This document shows positions 1-19,845 of a stretch of 64,000 bases of DNA, piece after piece. The stretch is from Macrostomum lignano. Lineage: Eukaryota. A model generated the notes under the pieces. The model was not told where the DNA came from. It was given only the letters and a program-made list of their open reading frames with translations, and did no database searches. A program made the position numbers and the translations under genes. The stretch lies in the NCBI GenBank assembly GCA_002269645.1, contig NIVC01002740.1, positions 1-64,000 of the forward strand, in the 5' to 3' direction. Within the stretch, counting starts at the first letter, position 1. Each line of letters opens with the position of its first letter.

Positions 1-822
<822 letters not shown>

Positions 823-2262
823 CACAGTTTCCCTATGCCGACCAAAAGCCGAAGCTGGTACAGCTCGCATCACCGCCAAGCAAGAGTACCTCAACAACAA
901 ACAGTCGTCCACATGGCCAAGCAGTACCAAGGTGTGCGTTCGGCTGTGAGGCGACTATCTCCAGAACATGGCCGGCAGTTTGATCGCCAGCGTGACGGCG
1001 ATGTCAGATCTAGAAGCCGCCATCGCCAAAAGAGACCGCGCTACGCAGGACAGGACGGGCGGCGACCGGCAACAACGTCGGAATGCAGGTGGTCGCTGAA
1101 ACCGCCGCGTCCGGAGTCGCCCGCCAAGTCAAACAGCTGTTTCGTGCTGCTCACCACCTGGAAAATTGCAGGTGACACCATCTTCGATCCGACTAAAGTC
1201 TCAGCAGCTGAAAACACTAATCAGGCCTGCAGTGCCCACGGAATCGACAAAATCGCGGATTGCTGAGAACGCCGATCAGTGGGAAGTCAGCACGCTAGCA
1301 CAATGCAGAGCCATTATGAGATCAGCATCCGATCATCTAGCTGCTGAACTTCTGGAAGCCAGGAAGGACGCTGACCCTTCTGATTGGGAAACCGGCTGGC
1401 AAGTCGTTTTCACTGGGCGGCGAAGGACCTCGGCAGAAGATCAGCTACAGCCCTGATCTGCTGCAATACCGGCTGAAAAAAATGTCCATCGAGCTGAAGG
1501 TACCGAATTTACTGCTAACAAAGTAGGACTATCTCTTCTTTTGATACTGTGATTGTAAGCAACCAAACCACCAGCTCTATGGGGGTTCCCGTTTCAAACC
1601 TCTTGTCTGGGTGGTGGGTTCGAATCAACCCCACCAAGCCGCCAGCCCTGTGACAACTGAGGCAGGGAGGGAGGCAACCAGCAGGGAATCGTCCCTCCAG
1701 CCCTTCAACGGGCATGGAAGAATCTCCCGACTGGCGAGGCTTTAACGAGGAACCGAGCATGCTAAGCCATACGGACGAGGACAACCAAGCTTGCCCGCCG
1801 ATTTTTCCGACAGAAGAGCCGCCTGAAGGGCTCAATTCGCAAATGCAGGGTCCAGTTGCCTGTGACCAGGGCTGGACACGGGGGTGGTCTGTGACCAGAC
1901 ACCCCTCCACCTGCAAACTCCATTGCTGCTGATCAAACGAATCAGCTATTTCAATACTGCCATCTTGACTTCGAGTCGTCAACAGCAGAGTCAAGTCGCC
2001 TGTGACCAGGGGCTTGACACGGGGGTGGTCTGTGACCAGACATCCCCAGCTGCTGCTAATAGCAACAACATCGATGCCAGCCAAGCTGACTCTTTCGTGT
2101 CTTTTGCGACACCCACCGACAACGTTGCATTTTTACAGAGTAGATTTGCTTGCGCTGAGCCACCCAGGCTTGCCAGTGACAGCAATAGGGACAGTCTTGA
2201 GCTGACCCCTCCTCGATCGGCACTTGCTCAACCAAGCCAGATTAACGTCCATAGGGACTTAA

Positions 2263-4946
2263 GAAAGACTGGAAACTGACCCTATCGAAAAGTCAACGAT
2301 CGCGATCGGCGATGAGAGTCTCTCTGAGCCCGGGCAAGCGCACCCAGATGTACAATTTGAAATTTTTCCGAATCTACGCGCTGAGAACCTATATCAGGGT
2401 GCTGCGTGAGCAGTTGAAAAGCCTAGCTCAGCTGTCAAAGCGGTCATTCTCTTCCCTTGTGGTCATGACCTGTCGAGACAATTTGAAGGTGTCCTCGACA
2501 AACAGCTCACGACAATCGTGAATCATTGTCGCAAGGCCTTTCCAGAGGCAAACATCTACACACTTGACTCAGTGGTGGATGCCGAGGCAACGGACAGCGT
2601 CCGAAGCAATGTGGAAAAATTGAACCGCCATGCCCAGAATCTCAACCAGAAGGGGCACATGTCACTACCCAGACAGGGTTTGACCTTCCTGTCAGACAAG
2701 GTCACACTATCTGACCAATCGGCCTTGGAGGTCTTCAGGATTGTCTATGGCAAAGTACAAAAAATTGTAGGTTTTAGGAATGCGGCTAGCAACCAAGTCT
2801 TGAACTTATCGAATTATCGTCTTTCTGACTGCGAAACCGAAATTTTAGGAATGGGGAAGAACTTTGTGCCAGCCCCAATTGTTTATGGGTCCAGCGTCCT
2901 TTCTGACTCCATCAAGGTTTTCAAGCAGAGAATAGTTCTTAACTCCCTGCTTCAGCGTCGCACGTGTGCTTTCACCCCGCGCATCCCTTATACTGGCCGA
3001 GCTTCGATCCCCAACATCAACTTGGACAAGTGGCGCTCTCACAGAGACCTTTTTGAAAGCCTTGACAGGATTAGAATTCCAAGAATCATACACAACAAGC
3101 CAAACCTTCAGGAGCAGCAGAGAATGGCACTGAAGACTCTTCGAGACAATAGCAGTATCGTCATTAAACCTGCCGACAAGGGCAGCAATATGGTCGTTTT
3201 GAATCGAACAGATTACATACTGGAAGCTAACAGGCAGCTCTCCAACAGGACCTTCTACCAACCCCTTGACACTGCAATGAGCGCCCAGACCAGTGCCATT
3301 ATCAAAGCCATTTTTCAAGATCTTAAAGAAGAAAGATAATTACTAATCATCAATACTCGCAACTGATTCCGCCAACTATTCCAAGAGATCGAATTTTTTA
3401 CCTTTTGCCAAAAATCCATAAGGATCCCGAAGAATGGCCTACTCCTGGAGTGCCTCCTGGGAGACATTGTCTCGGACTGCAGCTCGGAAAGCTACATGAG
3501 CGCCAAATTTATCGATCTCTTCCTACAGCGATCGCTAAGGAACAAGACTCCTTCATCCGAGACACGGACCACTTTCAAGCGGCTATTAATGATTTGATTT
3601 TTGAAAAAGACGAAAATGTCTTTCTGGTTACAATATGTTGAATCCCTGTACACCAATATGATAAGGGGATGGACGTTATAGATGCCTTTCAAACATTTCC
3701 CCAAACCTCAAGGCCTAACCATGCGCTCCTGGACATTAACTTGAACAAAAATGATTTTGTTTTCAACGACACGCGCTACCTTTCAAAGGCACAAGCATGG
3801 GAAAGGCCTTTTGCATCCTACGCCAACATGTCTGCCTGGGTTTTAGAAACTGCGTCCGTTTACCCTCGTTTCTTCAAGCGCTACATCTGACGACATTTTT
3901 ATGGTCTTCGTCGGCACTGAAGACGAACTAAAGGAGATGCACAAGCATCTGAATGAGTTCGATTGCAACATCCGACTCACGATGCAATACAGCAAAGAGA
4001 AGGTTCACTTCCTGGACTGCTGTGTCAGTCTGACTGACGAGGCAACAACAAGAGACTTTCGTGCTCAATCTACTTCAAACCCACCGATTCACGCCAGCTT
4101 TTAAATCCGGGGTCTTTTCACCCAAAGCACACTTTCAAAGGTATACTGAAATCTCAGTTCCTCCGTTACGCTCGCCGTTGCACATTTAAAGAAGACTTCG
4201 ATGAGGCCAGCAGCAGCTTAACAAGCATCCTGAAGAAACAAGGATATTCTGTCGCTTAATCAGGGATTCTAAAAAATCTGCCCTCATCAGCTGGGCCTCT
4301 ACATTGATGGTCGGTGGGAGTTCGGCTTCCAGGATTGGTGGCAATCTAAGCTGCCGTCCTTGCAGAGAGCACGGGCATTTTGGCCAAGTTTGTTTAGGGT
4401 CCAGCGCTACAAAAATGATTTACAAAATTTGTCAAAAAGTCCGCTGTGACTCCAGGAATGTGGTGTATGCCATTCTGTGCAAGACTTGCAATGACCGCTG
4501 TATCTACGTAGGTGAGACTGGAGGCGCTCTTAAAGTCAGACTTCAGGCTCACCTGAGCGACATCAGACTGGCTAAGGACACCCCAATCTCCAGGCAGCTT
4601 TCGGTCACCAAACCACAGTATTCAGGACCTCCGCTTTATGGGTCTGTGGTACCTCAGTACTGAGTGCCTGACCACTAAAGAGGGTGCTCAACGCAGGCGG
4701 AGGAATATGGAGCAGAAGCTCATCGCTTTACTACAGACCCAGACTCCAGCAGGCTTAAACACCGTCATCACTGAAAAAGACGCCTGCATCCCAATAGTGA
4801 TCCCTTTCACGGACCACTCTGGGCGAATTGTTCATCAAATTCGCACGGCCATTTCGAACCACGCTGCAGAGCTGGATACGGTGGCTGCCTATACTCGCTC
4901 ACGCTCATTAAGGACATTCTATGTCCATCCAATCTGCCCGCCGTAA
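2263..4946 (+). pseudogene. Disrupted PLE polyprotein (SGNH-like region, RT, GIY-YIG endonuclease)
   Basis: ORF fragments 2518-3339, 3405-3641, 3669-3890, 3901-4104, 4304-4663 and 4638-4946 are colinear parts of one RT-EN reading frame broken by stops and frameshifts. Confidence 0.88.
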
Positions 4947-5132
4947 CTAATGTCAGGCCCGAAACTCAAACCTCTTTTCAGTTGAGCACTAGATGTACAG
5001 ATGTACACACGCGTTGCATCGTGCCCGCCAAACCATATTGATTATTTTATTTTATTCGCGTCTTTCTATACTCACTATAAATATTTAACTCTGTTTTAAT
5101 TTGCCCTTTTTTCACAGTTTTTTATTTACAAT

Positions 5133-5174
5133 ATACCCTGACGAAGACCCTGTTTAGGTCGAAAATTCGGTTAT
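5133..5174 (+). ncRNA. Minimal type I hammerhead ribozyme at the PLE 3' end
   Basis: CTGACGA core at 5138-5144, stem II GACC/GGTC (5146-5149/5157-5160), GAA at 5161-5163, palindromic stem III AATT (5164-5167), cleavage C at 5168, and stem I ATACC pairing with GGT(T)AT. Confidence 0.85.
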
Positions 5175-5233
5175 TTTCTTAGAATTAAAGAAATTGTGAA
5201 TTTGCTTCAACTGTGTGCGTGGTTTCATTTCGC

Positions 5234-7820
<2,587 letters not shown>

Positions 7821-7970
7821 GCACAGCCAATATATTTGTTTTTAAACCCGAATAAATAAACCCTGACGAAGGCCCAGTCTAGGCCGAAATATCGTTTCTG
7901 AATATTCGACAACTAACGTTCTTCAATATTTCCGTGTGTGTGGTTTGCAGTTTGAAGCTGCCTTTTGCAT
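7821..7970 (+). mobile_element. ~150 bp hammerhead-containing mini-insertion (solo PLE terminal repeat or retrozyme-like) in (TATC)n
   Basis: Unique island in the array. It carries a hammerhead core and a downstream GTGTGyGTGGTTT...TT(T/C)GCAT end resembling 5213-5235 of the long element. Confidence 0.8.
7858..7897 (+). ncRNA. Minimal type I hammerhead ribozyme (second copy)
   Basis: CTGACGA at 7863-7869, stem II GGCC/GGCC (7871-7874/7882-7885), GAA at 7886-7888, palindromic ATAT (7889-7892) and C at 7893. Stem I (AAAC/GTTT) is imperfect. Confidence 0.8.
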
Positions 7971-11832
<3,862 letters not shown>

Positions 11833-12168
11833 TTACCTATTTTTAGTGTGAACTGATCCTGCCCCTCTTTTAGACATATTACCCCAGTCATTATCTGTCC
11901 AAAATTATTTACGCTTGAGCTCAAGCTCACCAGGATATACTCAGAATCTCTCATCATCTCCCATAACTCAAATGACATAAAAAGTACAGTAATAGAAGAG
12001 AAATCTTTAGTTTGAGCTCAATGAAGCGAATTGAACACTCGAGCAGAGATTCGATCCTCGCTTCGTTTTAAAAGCCGGCTGGTTGTCCGAGTCGATGCGT
12101 CTGCTATCGGTGGCATAACTTTATCGTGAGAAAATCTCAGGATAAAAATAAACCAAAGTCCGACAAAA

Positions 12169-12405
<237 letters not shown>

Positions 12406-12431
12406 ATATCGTCTCCTTGCTCACCCCGCAG

Positions 12432-15400
12432 ACTCGGGAGCGGCAGAGGATGACGGGGAGCTCGCAGGCGGAGCAAGATTCGTCACGGTGCTGCTTGACG
12501 CCGAGGAATATCACGTGACCATTCTGGACGCTGAGACGGACCAGGATGAGGAGGTGAGCCAGACATGCGTTTCGTGTGTTTTGAAATAATCGTTTTTTGT
12601 CGCCACCCCTGGATTGCCCCTGAAATGTAATCTAATATTCGAGCGTTCGAAATTGGATTTGTAGCGAGCCGGCGGCCGCCGTGTTCCGAGACGTCACGTG
12701 ACTCCATCAATGGCGTCACCAGACACCCTATGATGCGGGCAGACGGGCTGAAAATTGAATTTTAGTCCCGCTTATGAAACATGGAAAACTGTGAATGCAG
12801 ACGGGACTCAAAGACAGGCACGCAAAAGAATATAGGGTTATAATCTAAAAAATAAATGAAGGACATTGTGCCATAAAGTAGGACAAACGTAGAAACACAC
12901 AGGGGTCATGGAAACGACACATACAAGGCCATAAAGAAGACACACACTGCCATACGAGTAAACAAAGACGTACACAAGGGCATAAAAAGGACACACAAGG
13001 TCATAAATAAAGACATGCACAAGGTCAAAAATAAAGACATACACAAGGTCATAAATAAAGATGTACAGAAGGTCATAAATAAAGACATACCCAAGGTCAT
13101 AAATAAAGACATACACAAGGCCATAAATAAAGACATACACAAGGTCATAAATAAAGACATACACAAGGCCATAAATAAAGACGTACACAAGGGCATAAAC
13201 AAGACATACACAAGGCCATAAATAAAGACATACACAAGGTCATAAACAAAGACGTACACAAGGCCATAAACAAAGACATACACAAGGTCATAAACAAAGA
13301 CGTACACAAGGGCATAAACAAGGACACACACAGAGCAAAAACAAAGGCATACACAAAGCCATAAACAAAGACACACGAGGCCATAAACAAAGACTCTCTC
13401 CTGCCCACCAGCGCTCCAGCCAGCTGCTGCAGCCAGCAGACGCCTACCTCGTGGTCTTCTCGTTGGACAGCCGCCGCTCCTTCGTCGAGGCCCGAAATTT
13501 GCTGGGCCGCCTGGCTGCCAGGGCTCCGGCAGGGTGCGCCTCGCCTGCGGCGCCCGCAGCACTCGCTCTGGCTGGAAATAAGGCCGACTTAGTGCGCGGT
13601 AGAGAAGTTCCGCGAGACGGTGAGAGTCCGTGATCTTTGTGCAGTCTGATTTGGGATACATAGAGTTGGGATCTGTGACTGAGTTGGGATCTGTGACTAA
13701 GTTGGGATCTGTGACTGAGTTGGGATCTGTTACTGAGTTAGGATCTGTGACTGAGTTGGGATCTGTTACTGAGTTAGGATCTGTGACTGAGTTGGGATCA
13801 TGACTGAGTTGGGATCTGTGACTAAGTTGGGATCTGTGACTGAGTTGGGATCTGTGACTGAGTTGGGATCTGTGACTGAGTAGTTGGGATCTATGACTGA
13901 GTTGGGATCTGTGACTGAGTAGTTGGGATCTGTGACTGAGTAGTTGGGATCTGTTTCTGAGTTTGGATCTGTGACTGAGTTGGGATCTGTGACTGAGTAG
14001 TTGGGATCTGTTTCTGAGTTGGGATCTGTGACTGAGTTGGGATCGGTGACTGAGTTGGGATCGGTGACTGAGTTGGGATCATGACTGAGTTGGGATCTGT
14101 GACTGAGTTGGGATCTTGACTGAGTTGGGATCTGTGACCTATTTGGGATCTGTGACCGATTTGGGATCTGTGACCTAGTTGGGATCTGTGACCTAGTTGG
14201 GATCTGTGACCTAGTTGGGATCTGTGACCGATTTGGGATCTGTGACCGATTTGGGATCTGTGACCTAGTTGGGATCTGTGACCGATTTGGGATCTGTGAC
14301 CGATTTGGGATCTGTGACCGATTTGGGATCTGTGACCGATTTGGGATCTGTGACCGATTTGGGATCTGTGACCGATTTGGGATCTGTGACCGATTTGGGA
14401 TCTGTGACTGAGTTGGGATCTGTGACTGAGTTGTGATTTGTGACTGAGTTGGGATCTGACTGATTTGGGATCAAAATTTCAACTGGGAAGCATTTGTGTA
14501 GATTCTGTTGAAAAAATGTTTATTCCTAGCTTTACGTAATACATTAATTTAGAAATTTTCCTACTCGAGATAAAAGAGCAAAGAGTCAGCGGCAGTTTTG
14601 GGAGGCGGGGAGTCTGGGATTTGAGCTCTGAGCCGGTGCTGGCCTGGATGCCACAGGCACTTATAATTGATGGCACGTGACATGAGGGATAAACTGGGAA
14701 TAGGGGAGAATAGGTATGAGAGATGTACATGACGGTATTACATAGGATTACAACAACAATCTATATCTATATAGATACTGGTACTAAGGATGCTGGGGGC
14801 CATTAAGGCTTCATCATCATTTCAAGAGAACAACGGGAGAGAAGAGAAAGTCCAGTTTCAAAGGAAGAATGGCTTAATCTGGACTAGCGTGCTGTCGGAA
14901 TTAATCTTTAAATCATCATCACTTATTGATCTCCATGGCAAAGCCGACCCTTGATGCAGAAATTCCCAAAAAATTCCTTTTCAGCGATGCTTGAAGCAGA
15001 AAGGAAAATTTCACTGATCTTCACGCACAGCCGCTTCCATTCACACATGTTTACTTTTTATTCACATGCACCCCATTGCAATTCACAGACACACACACAC
15101 ACACACTTTCAATTCACACAAACTCACTTTCAGTTCACACAAACTCATTTTCAATTCACACAAACCCACTTTCAATTCACATAAACTCACTTTCAATTCA
15201 CATAAACTCACTTTCAATTCACACAAAATCATTTTCAATTCACATAAACTCACTTTCAATTCACATAAACTCACTTTCAATTCACATAAACTCACTTTCA
15301 ATTCACATAAACTCACTTTCAATTCACACAAACTCACTTTCAGTTCACACAAACTCACTTTCAATTCACATAAACTCACTTTCAATTCACACAAAATCAT

Positions 15401-15966
15401 TTTCAATTCACATAAACTCAATTTCAATTCACATAAACTCACTTTCAATTCACATAAACTCACTTTCAATTCACATAAACTCACTTTCAATTCACACACA
15501 CAAAATTTCAATTCACACACAAAATTTCAATTCACGCAAAATTTCAATTCACACACAAAATTTCAATTCACGCAAAATTTCAATTCACACAAAATTTCAA
15601 TTCACGCAAAATTTTAATTCACACACAAAATTTCAATTCACACAAAATTTCAATTCACACACAAGACTCACCAATCCGACCCCAGAGGCCAAGAGCCTGG
15701 CAGCTGTGTACGGCGCCCACTACTCAGAGGTGTCCTCGGCGCTCAATCACGGCGTCGATGAGCTGCTGGTGTCGACGCTGGCGCAGATCCGGGCGCAGCG
15801 ACGCCGAGTCGGAAAAGCGAATTCGAATGGCGTCGGAGGCGGCGGCGGCGGCGTTGGCGGCGGGAGTTCGAAGCGTCCATCGCCTCGACGAATCGTGAGC
15901 GACTTCATCAGGAAGCACTTCAGCTCGAAGTCGTGTGATAGCCTGAGCCGCGGGAAACCGGCCTGA
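12432..15966 (+). CDS. RGK-family (Rem/Rad/Gem/Kir-like) small GTPase, 3' exons 12432-12553, 13412-13619 and 15686-15966; the P-loop exon is not found in the window
   Basis: AG/GT boundaries are in compatible phases. Translation gives TVLLDAEEYHVTILD, ADAYLVVFS...SF, LAGNKADLVRGREV (G4), HYSEVSSALNHGVDEL (G5) and the C-terminal FSSKSCDSL, typical of RGK proteins. Confidence 0.85.
12912..13393 (+). repeat. 24-bp intronic minisatellite (AAGGCCATAAATAAAGACATACAC-like)
   Basis: Tandem units read directly; they explain the ALCMSLFM-type spurious ORFs. Confidence 0.93.
13665..14465 (+). repeat. 18-bp intronic minisatellite (TGACTGAGTTGGGATCTG and variants)
   Basis: Tandem units read directly. Confidence 0.95.
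15085..15660 (+). repeat. 21-bp intronic minisatellite (TTCAATTCACATAAACTCACT) grading into shorter units
   Basis: Tandem units read directly. Confidence 0.95.
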
Positions 15967-15979
15967 GCCTGAAGGAAAC

Positions 15980-17038
15980 CTGAATCCTACCTGAAGCTAA
16001 TCTGAAGCTAATCTGAATCCTACCTGAAGCTAATCTGAATCCTACCTGAAGCTAATCTGAATCCTACCTGAAGCTAATCTGAATCCTACCTGAAGCTAAT
16101 CTGAATCCTACCTGAAGCTAATCTGAATCCTACCTGAAGCTAATCTGAATCCTACCTGAAGCTAATCTGAATCCTACCTGAAGCTAATCTGAATCCTACC
16201 TGAAGCTAATCTGAATCCTACCTGAAGCTAATCTGAATCCTACCTGAAGCTAATCTGAATCCTACCTGAAGCTAATCTGAATCCTACCTGAAGCTAATCT
16301 GAATCCTACCTGAAGCTAATCTGAAGCTAATCTGAATCCTACCTGAAGCTAATCTGAATCCTACCTGAAGCTAATCTGAAGCTAATCTGAATCCTACCTG
16401 AAGCTAATCTGAATCCTACCTGAAGCTAATCTGAAGCTAATCTGAATCCTACCTGAAGCTAATCTGAATCCTACCTGAAGCTAATCTGAAGCTAATCTGA
16501 ATCCTACCTGAAGCTAATCTGAATCCTACCTGAAGCTAATCTGAATCCTACCTGAAGCTAATCTGAATCCTACCTGAAGCTAATCTAAATCCTACCTGAA
16601 GCTAATCTGAAGCTAATCTGAATCCTACCTGAAGCTAATCTGAATCCTACCTGAAGCTAATCTGAATCCTACCTGAAGCTAATCTGATTCCTACCTGAAG
16701 CTAATCTGAATCCTACCTGAAGCTAATCTGAATCCTACCTGAAGCTAATCTAAATCCTACCTGAAGCTAATCTAAATCCTACCTGAAGCTAATCTGAATC
16801 CTATCTGAAGCTAATCTAAATCCTACCTGAAACTGATCTGAATCCTACCTGAAGCTAATCTAAATCCTACCTGAAGCTAATCTGAATCCTACCTGAAGCT
16901 AATCTAAATCCTACCTGAAACTGATCTGAATCCTACCTGAAGCTAATCTAAATCCTACCTGAAGCTAATCTGAATCCTACCTGAAGCTAATCTAAATCCT
17001 ACCTGAAGCTAATCTAAATCCTACCTGAAGCTAATCTG
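15980..17038 (+). repeat. 22-bp minisatellite (CTGAATCCTACCTGAAGCTAAT) directly after the RGK stop codon
   Basis: Tandem units with occasional 11-bp half units. Confidence 0.97.
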
Positions 17039-18114
17039 CTTCAAACCTAAAGTTAATTTGAATTCTATCTGAAGTAGTGAATACATTTATTGCCATGATG
17101 CAGCGGATTTACATGGACAACTAAAGTACAAGGACGCTTCAGTTGATTTTCTTAGAAATGCATCTGCGGCCGAACCCCATTCGGCGCTATGCTTCTTTAG
17201 AGCATGCAAATGCACCGGCCATCTCCATCATGCCGTTAGTCAGATATTTTGTTTATCTGTATCAATTTGTATCATTCCGGGTTTGCGCGCAAAGTCTGAG
17301 AAAATTTAATTCAATTCAATACAACATCGCTTAAGAGTAAAAGAAACTAATAAATGTTGAAAAGTTGCAATCGGAAACGCAACAATTTGGCTTCATCAAT
17401 AAATTTTCGATTGCAAAATCTGCTACACACGTTCACAGTTTTATTTAAACCCGTACGAACTAGAGATCACGTGACGCGAGCCAGATGTTTTTCTAGGAAA
17501 GACATCTAAACATTGGATAACCAAACGGCCGTCTTAAAGTTAATTTGATTTCCACAACAACGATTTCCAAAACAATGAAGATTTGCATCCCAGAGGGATT
17601 ACCATTGGCACCGCAGTTTCTACAACTATAAATTAAAGTGTCGCCTACCCTGGATGGCCTGGACTTGAATAGGCGAGCGAATTCCACTTTCAGCTTCAAT
17701 GCGGAATTCCAGTTGATTAGCCGCATAGCCAGGACTCTTGAGCTGGGCTGAGCCTGAGGAACAGGATTTGTCGCTGCAGAGAGGCACACAGAAAAAGTAC
17801 ACTGGGTGACTCTGGACTCTCTCGATTCCCAAGAGGCCGGAGCCCAGTCCGACTCGCACTGACCAGCTGGCGAACTTTTGATGTGCGACCAAAGCTTTCT
17901 GGGGAATGCGTTTATTTGCGGAATTCGCTGCAAGTGTTTGGTAGGGCTTATCGCTCAACTAGACTTGAGCATGCAATTTCTGCGAGAGACTGACTGTCTG
18001 CGGCATGATTTCATCTCTGACTGATTTTCTGCACCAGCAACAATATGGATGACTTATGTAGCAGACATGTTTGCTTCAGTGCTGCAGCTCTCTCTCTCCG
18101 CAACTTTCCCAACT

Positions 18115-18935
18115 TGGCACTCTCACTTCCTCTCTCTCACTCTCACTTCCTCTCTCTCACTCTCCCTTCCTCTCTCTCACTCTCACTTCCTCTCTCTCAC
18201 TCTCCCTTCCTCTCTCTCACTCTCACTTCCTCTCTCTCACTCTCACTTCCTCTCTCTCACTCTCCTTTCCTCTCTCTCACTCTCACTTCCTCTCTCTCAC
18301 TCTCATTTCCTCTCTCTCACTCTCCCTTCCTCTCTCTCACTCTCACTTCCTCTCTCTCTCTCTCACTCTCATTTCCTCTCTCTTACTCTCCCTTCCTCTC
18401 TCTCACTCTCATTTCCTCTCTCTCAATCTCCCTTCCTCTCTCTCTCACTCTCATTTCCTCTCTCTCACTCTCCCCTCCTCTCTCTCACTCTCACTTCCTC
18501 TCTCTCACTCTCCCTTCCTCTCTCTCACTCTCCCTTCCTCTCTCTCACTCTCCCTTCCTCTCTCTCACTCTCATTTCCTCTCTCTCACTCTCCCTTCCTC
18601 TCTCTCACTCTCATTTCCTCTCTCTCACTCTCCCTTCCTCTCTCTCACTCTCACTTCCTCACTCTCACTCTCATTTCCTCTCTCTCACTCTCATTTCCTC
18701 TCTCTCACTCTCATTTCCTCTCTCTCACTCTCACTTCCTCTCTCTCACTCACGCTCACTTCATCTCTCTCACTCTCACTTCCTCTCTCTCTCTCACTCTC
18801 ACTTCCTCTCTCTCTCACTCTCACTTCCTCTCTCTCACTCTCACTTCCTCTCTCTCACTCTCACTGCCTCTCTCTCACTCTCCCTTCCTCTCTCTCACTC
18901 TCACTGCCTCTCTCTCACTCTCACTTGCCTCTCAT
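18115..18935 (+). repeat. CT-rich degenerate minisatellite (CTCTCACTTCCTCT-type)
   Basis: Direct reading. Confidence 0.93.
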
Positions 18936-19554
18936 CTCCTTGTAATTCCCATTTGCTTTAAATCACCAGTGTTATTCTAATGGCCACATATGCATGGCGT
19001 TATTAATAACTGATTTCCTCGTCAGACTCCCACCCTGAGAAGATCATATTCCTTTTATTCCGCTCAAAAGAGCCCGGGTGCTTCCTATTTAATTTTTGCT
19101 CAAAAAGCACCAAATAATTATTTGTTGGAACTTCTGCCGTCATTATGCGAGTACATAAAAAGTACTTTTGCACCTGTTTTGGCCTATATATTTTGTTGTA
19201 ATTCGTGGTGCAAAAACTGCTAAAGTTCGTAGGAAATATACTAACGTGTCTACTAAAGTAGTCGATATCAAGGTAAATGCTCTTTTGAGTTTATTAAATG
19301 TAAAAAAAAAATATGTTATTATATGAGCTAATGCTCTGACTGCAAGCAGTGACCTTGAGCAGTGTCGGGAATCCTGATTAAGTGTGAAGTCCCGTCACAG
19401 TCAAGCAGTTCGCGGTGCAAACCAGAGCTCGAATATGCTTTCTTAACATACTGAATGTTTTATTTAATTCATAATCATTTTCACATTGGGATAATCATTA
19501 ATCCTTATCACTTTTATCTGTGATCATCATCGGCCATATCGTATTTCTAACCAT

Positions 19555-19750
19555 TAGCGTACCATCATAATCATCATATTATTCATAATCGTCATGATCA
19601 TTATAATCATCATAATCATCCTGATTATCATAATCATTATAATTATCATAATAATCATTATCATCATCATTATTATCATAGTCGTCATAATCATCATAGT
19701 CATCATAGTCATCATAGTCATCATAATCATCATAATCACCATAATCATCA
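19555..19750 (+). repeat. Degenerate (ATC)n microsatellite
   Basis: Direct reading. Confidence 0.85.
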
Positions 19751-19770
19751 GAGAATCATCCTCCTAGTCG

Positions 19771-19845
19771 GAGGCCGTAGCTCAGTGGTGCAGCGCGGCG
19801 CTCTGATGTGCCAGCGGCCCAGGCTCGATTCCAAGCGCAGTCGCA
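19771..19845 (+). other. tRNA-like sequence (SINE head or tRNA pseudogene)
   Basis: A-box-like TAGCTCAGTGGT at 19778-19789 and B-box-like GGCTCGATTCC at 19822-19832 with tRNA spacing. The cloverleaf is not convincingly intact. Confidence 0.45.

Larger units (their letters stand above)
823..5235 (+). mobile_element. Decayed Penelope-like retroelement (RT followed by C-terminal GIY-YIG; Neptune-like) inserted in (TATC)n
   Basis: PLE N-terminal motifs VLNLS..LS..E..ILG.G.NF.P and IVIKPADKG..VVL (2518-3339). RT remnants FYLLPKIHK, FIRDTDHF, SLYTNM, KRY.DDIFMV and KVHFLD are spread over frameshifts (3340-4300). A Cys-rich linker (LSCRPC) precedes GIY-YIG NVVYAILCKTC...YVGETGGALKVRLQAH (4440-4570). 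A hammerhead motif lies at the 3' end, and TATC flanks both sides. Confidence 0.93.

Noticed and set aside
2407-2409. In-frame TGA in the PLE as possible selenocysteine recoding
   Set aside because: The element has many other stops and frameshifts and no SECIS was recognised; decay is the simpler explanation.
12693-12702. Perfect CLEAR/E-box GTCACGTGAC
   Set aside because: It lies in an RGK intron far from the V-ATPase gene; a single 10-mer is not evidence of function.
17493-17958. Overlapping minus-strand ORFs with a CxxC (SCRNCG)
   Set aside because: No recognisable domain or splice support. A similar YCRNCRR at ~47900 is also unsupported.
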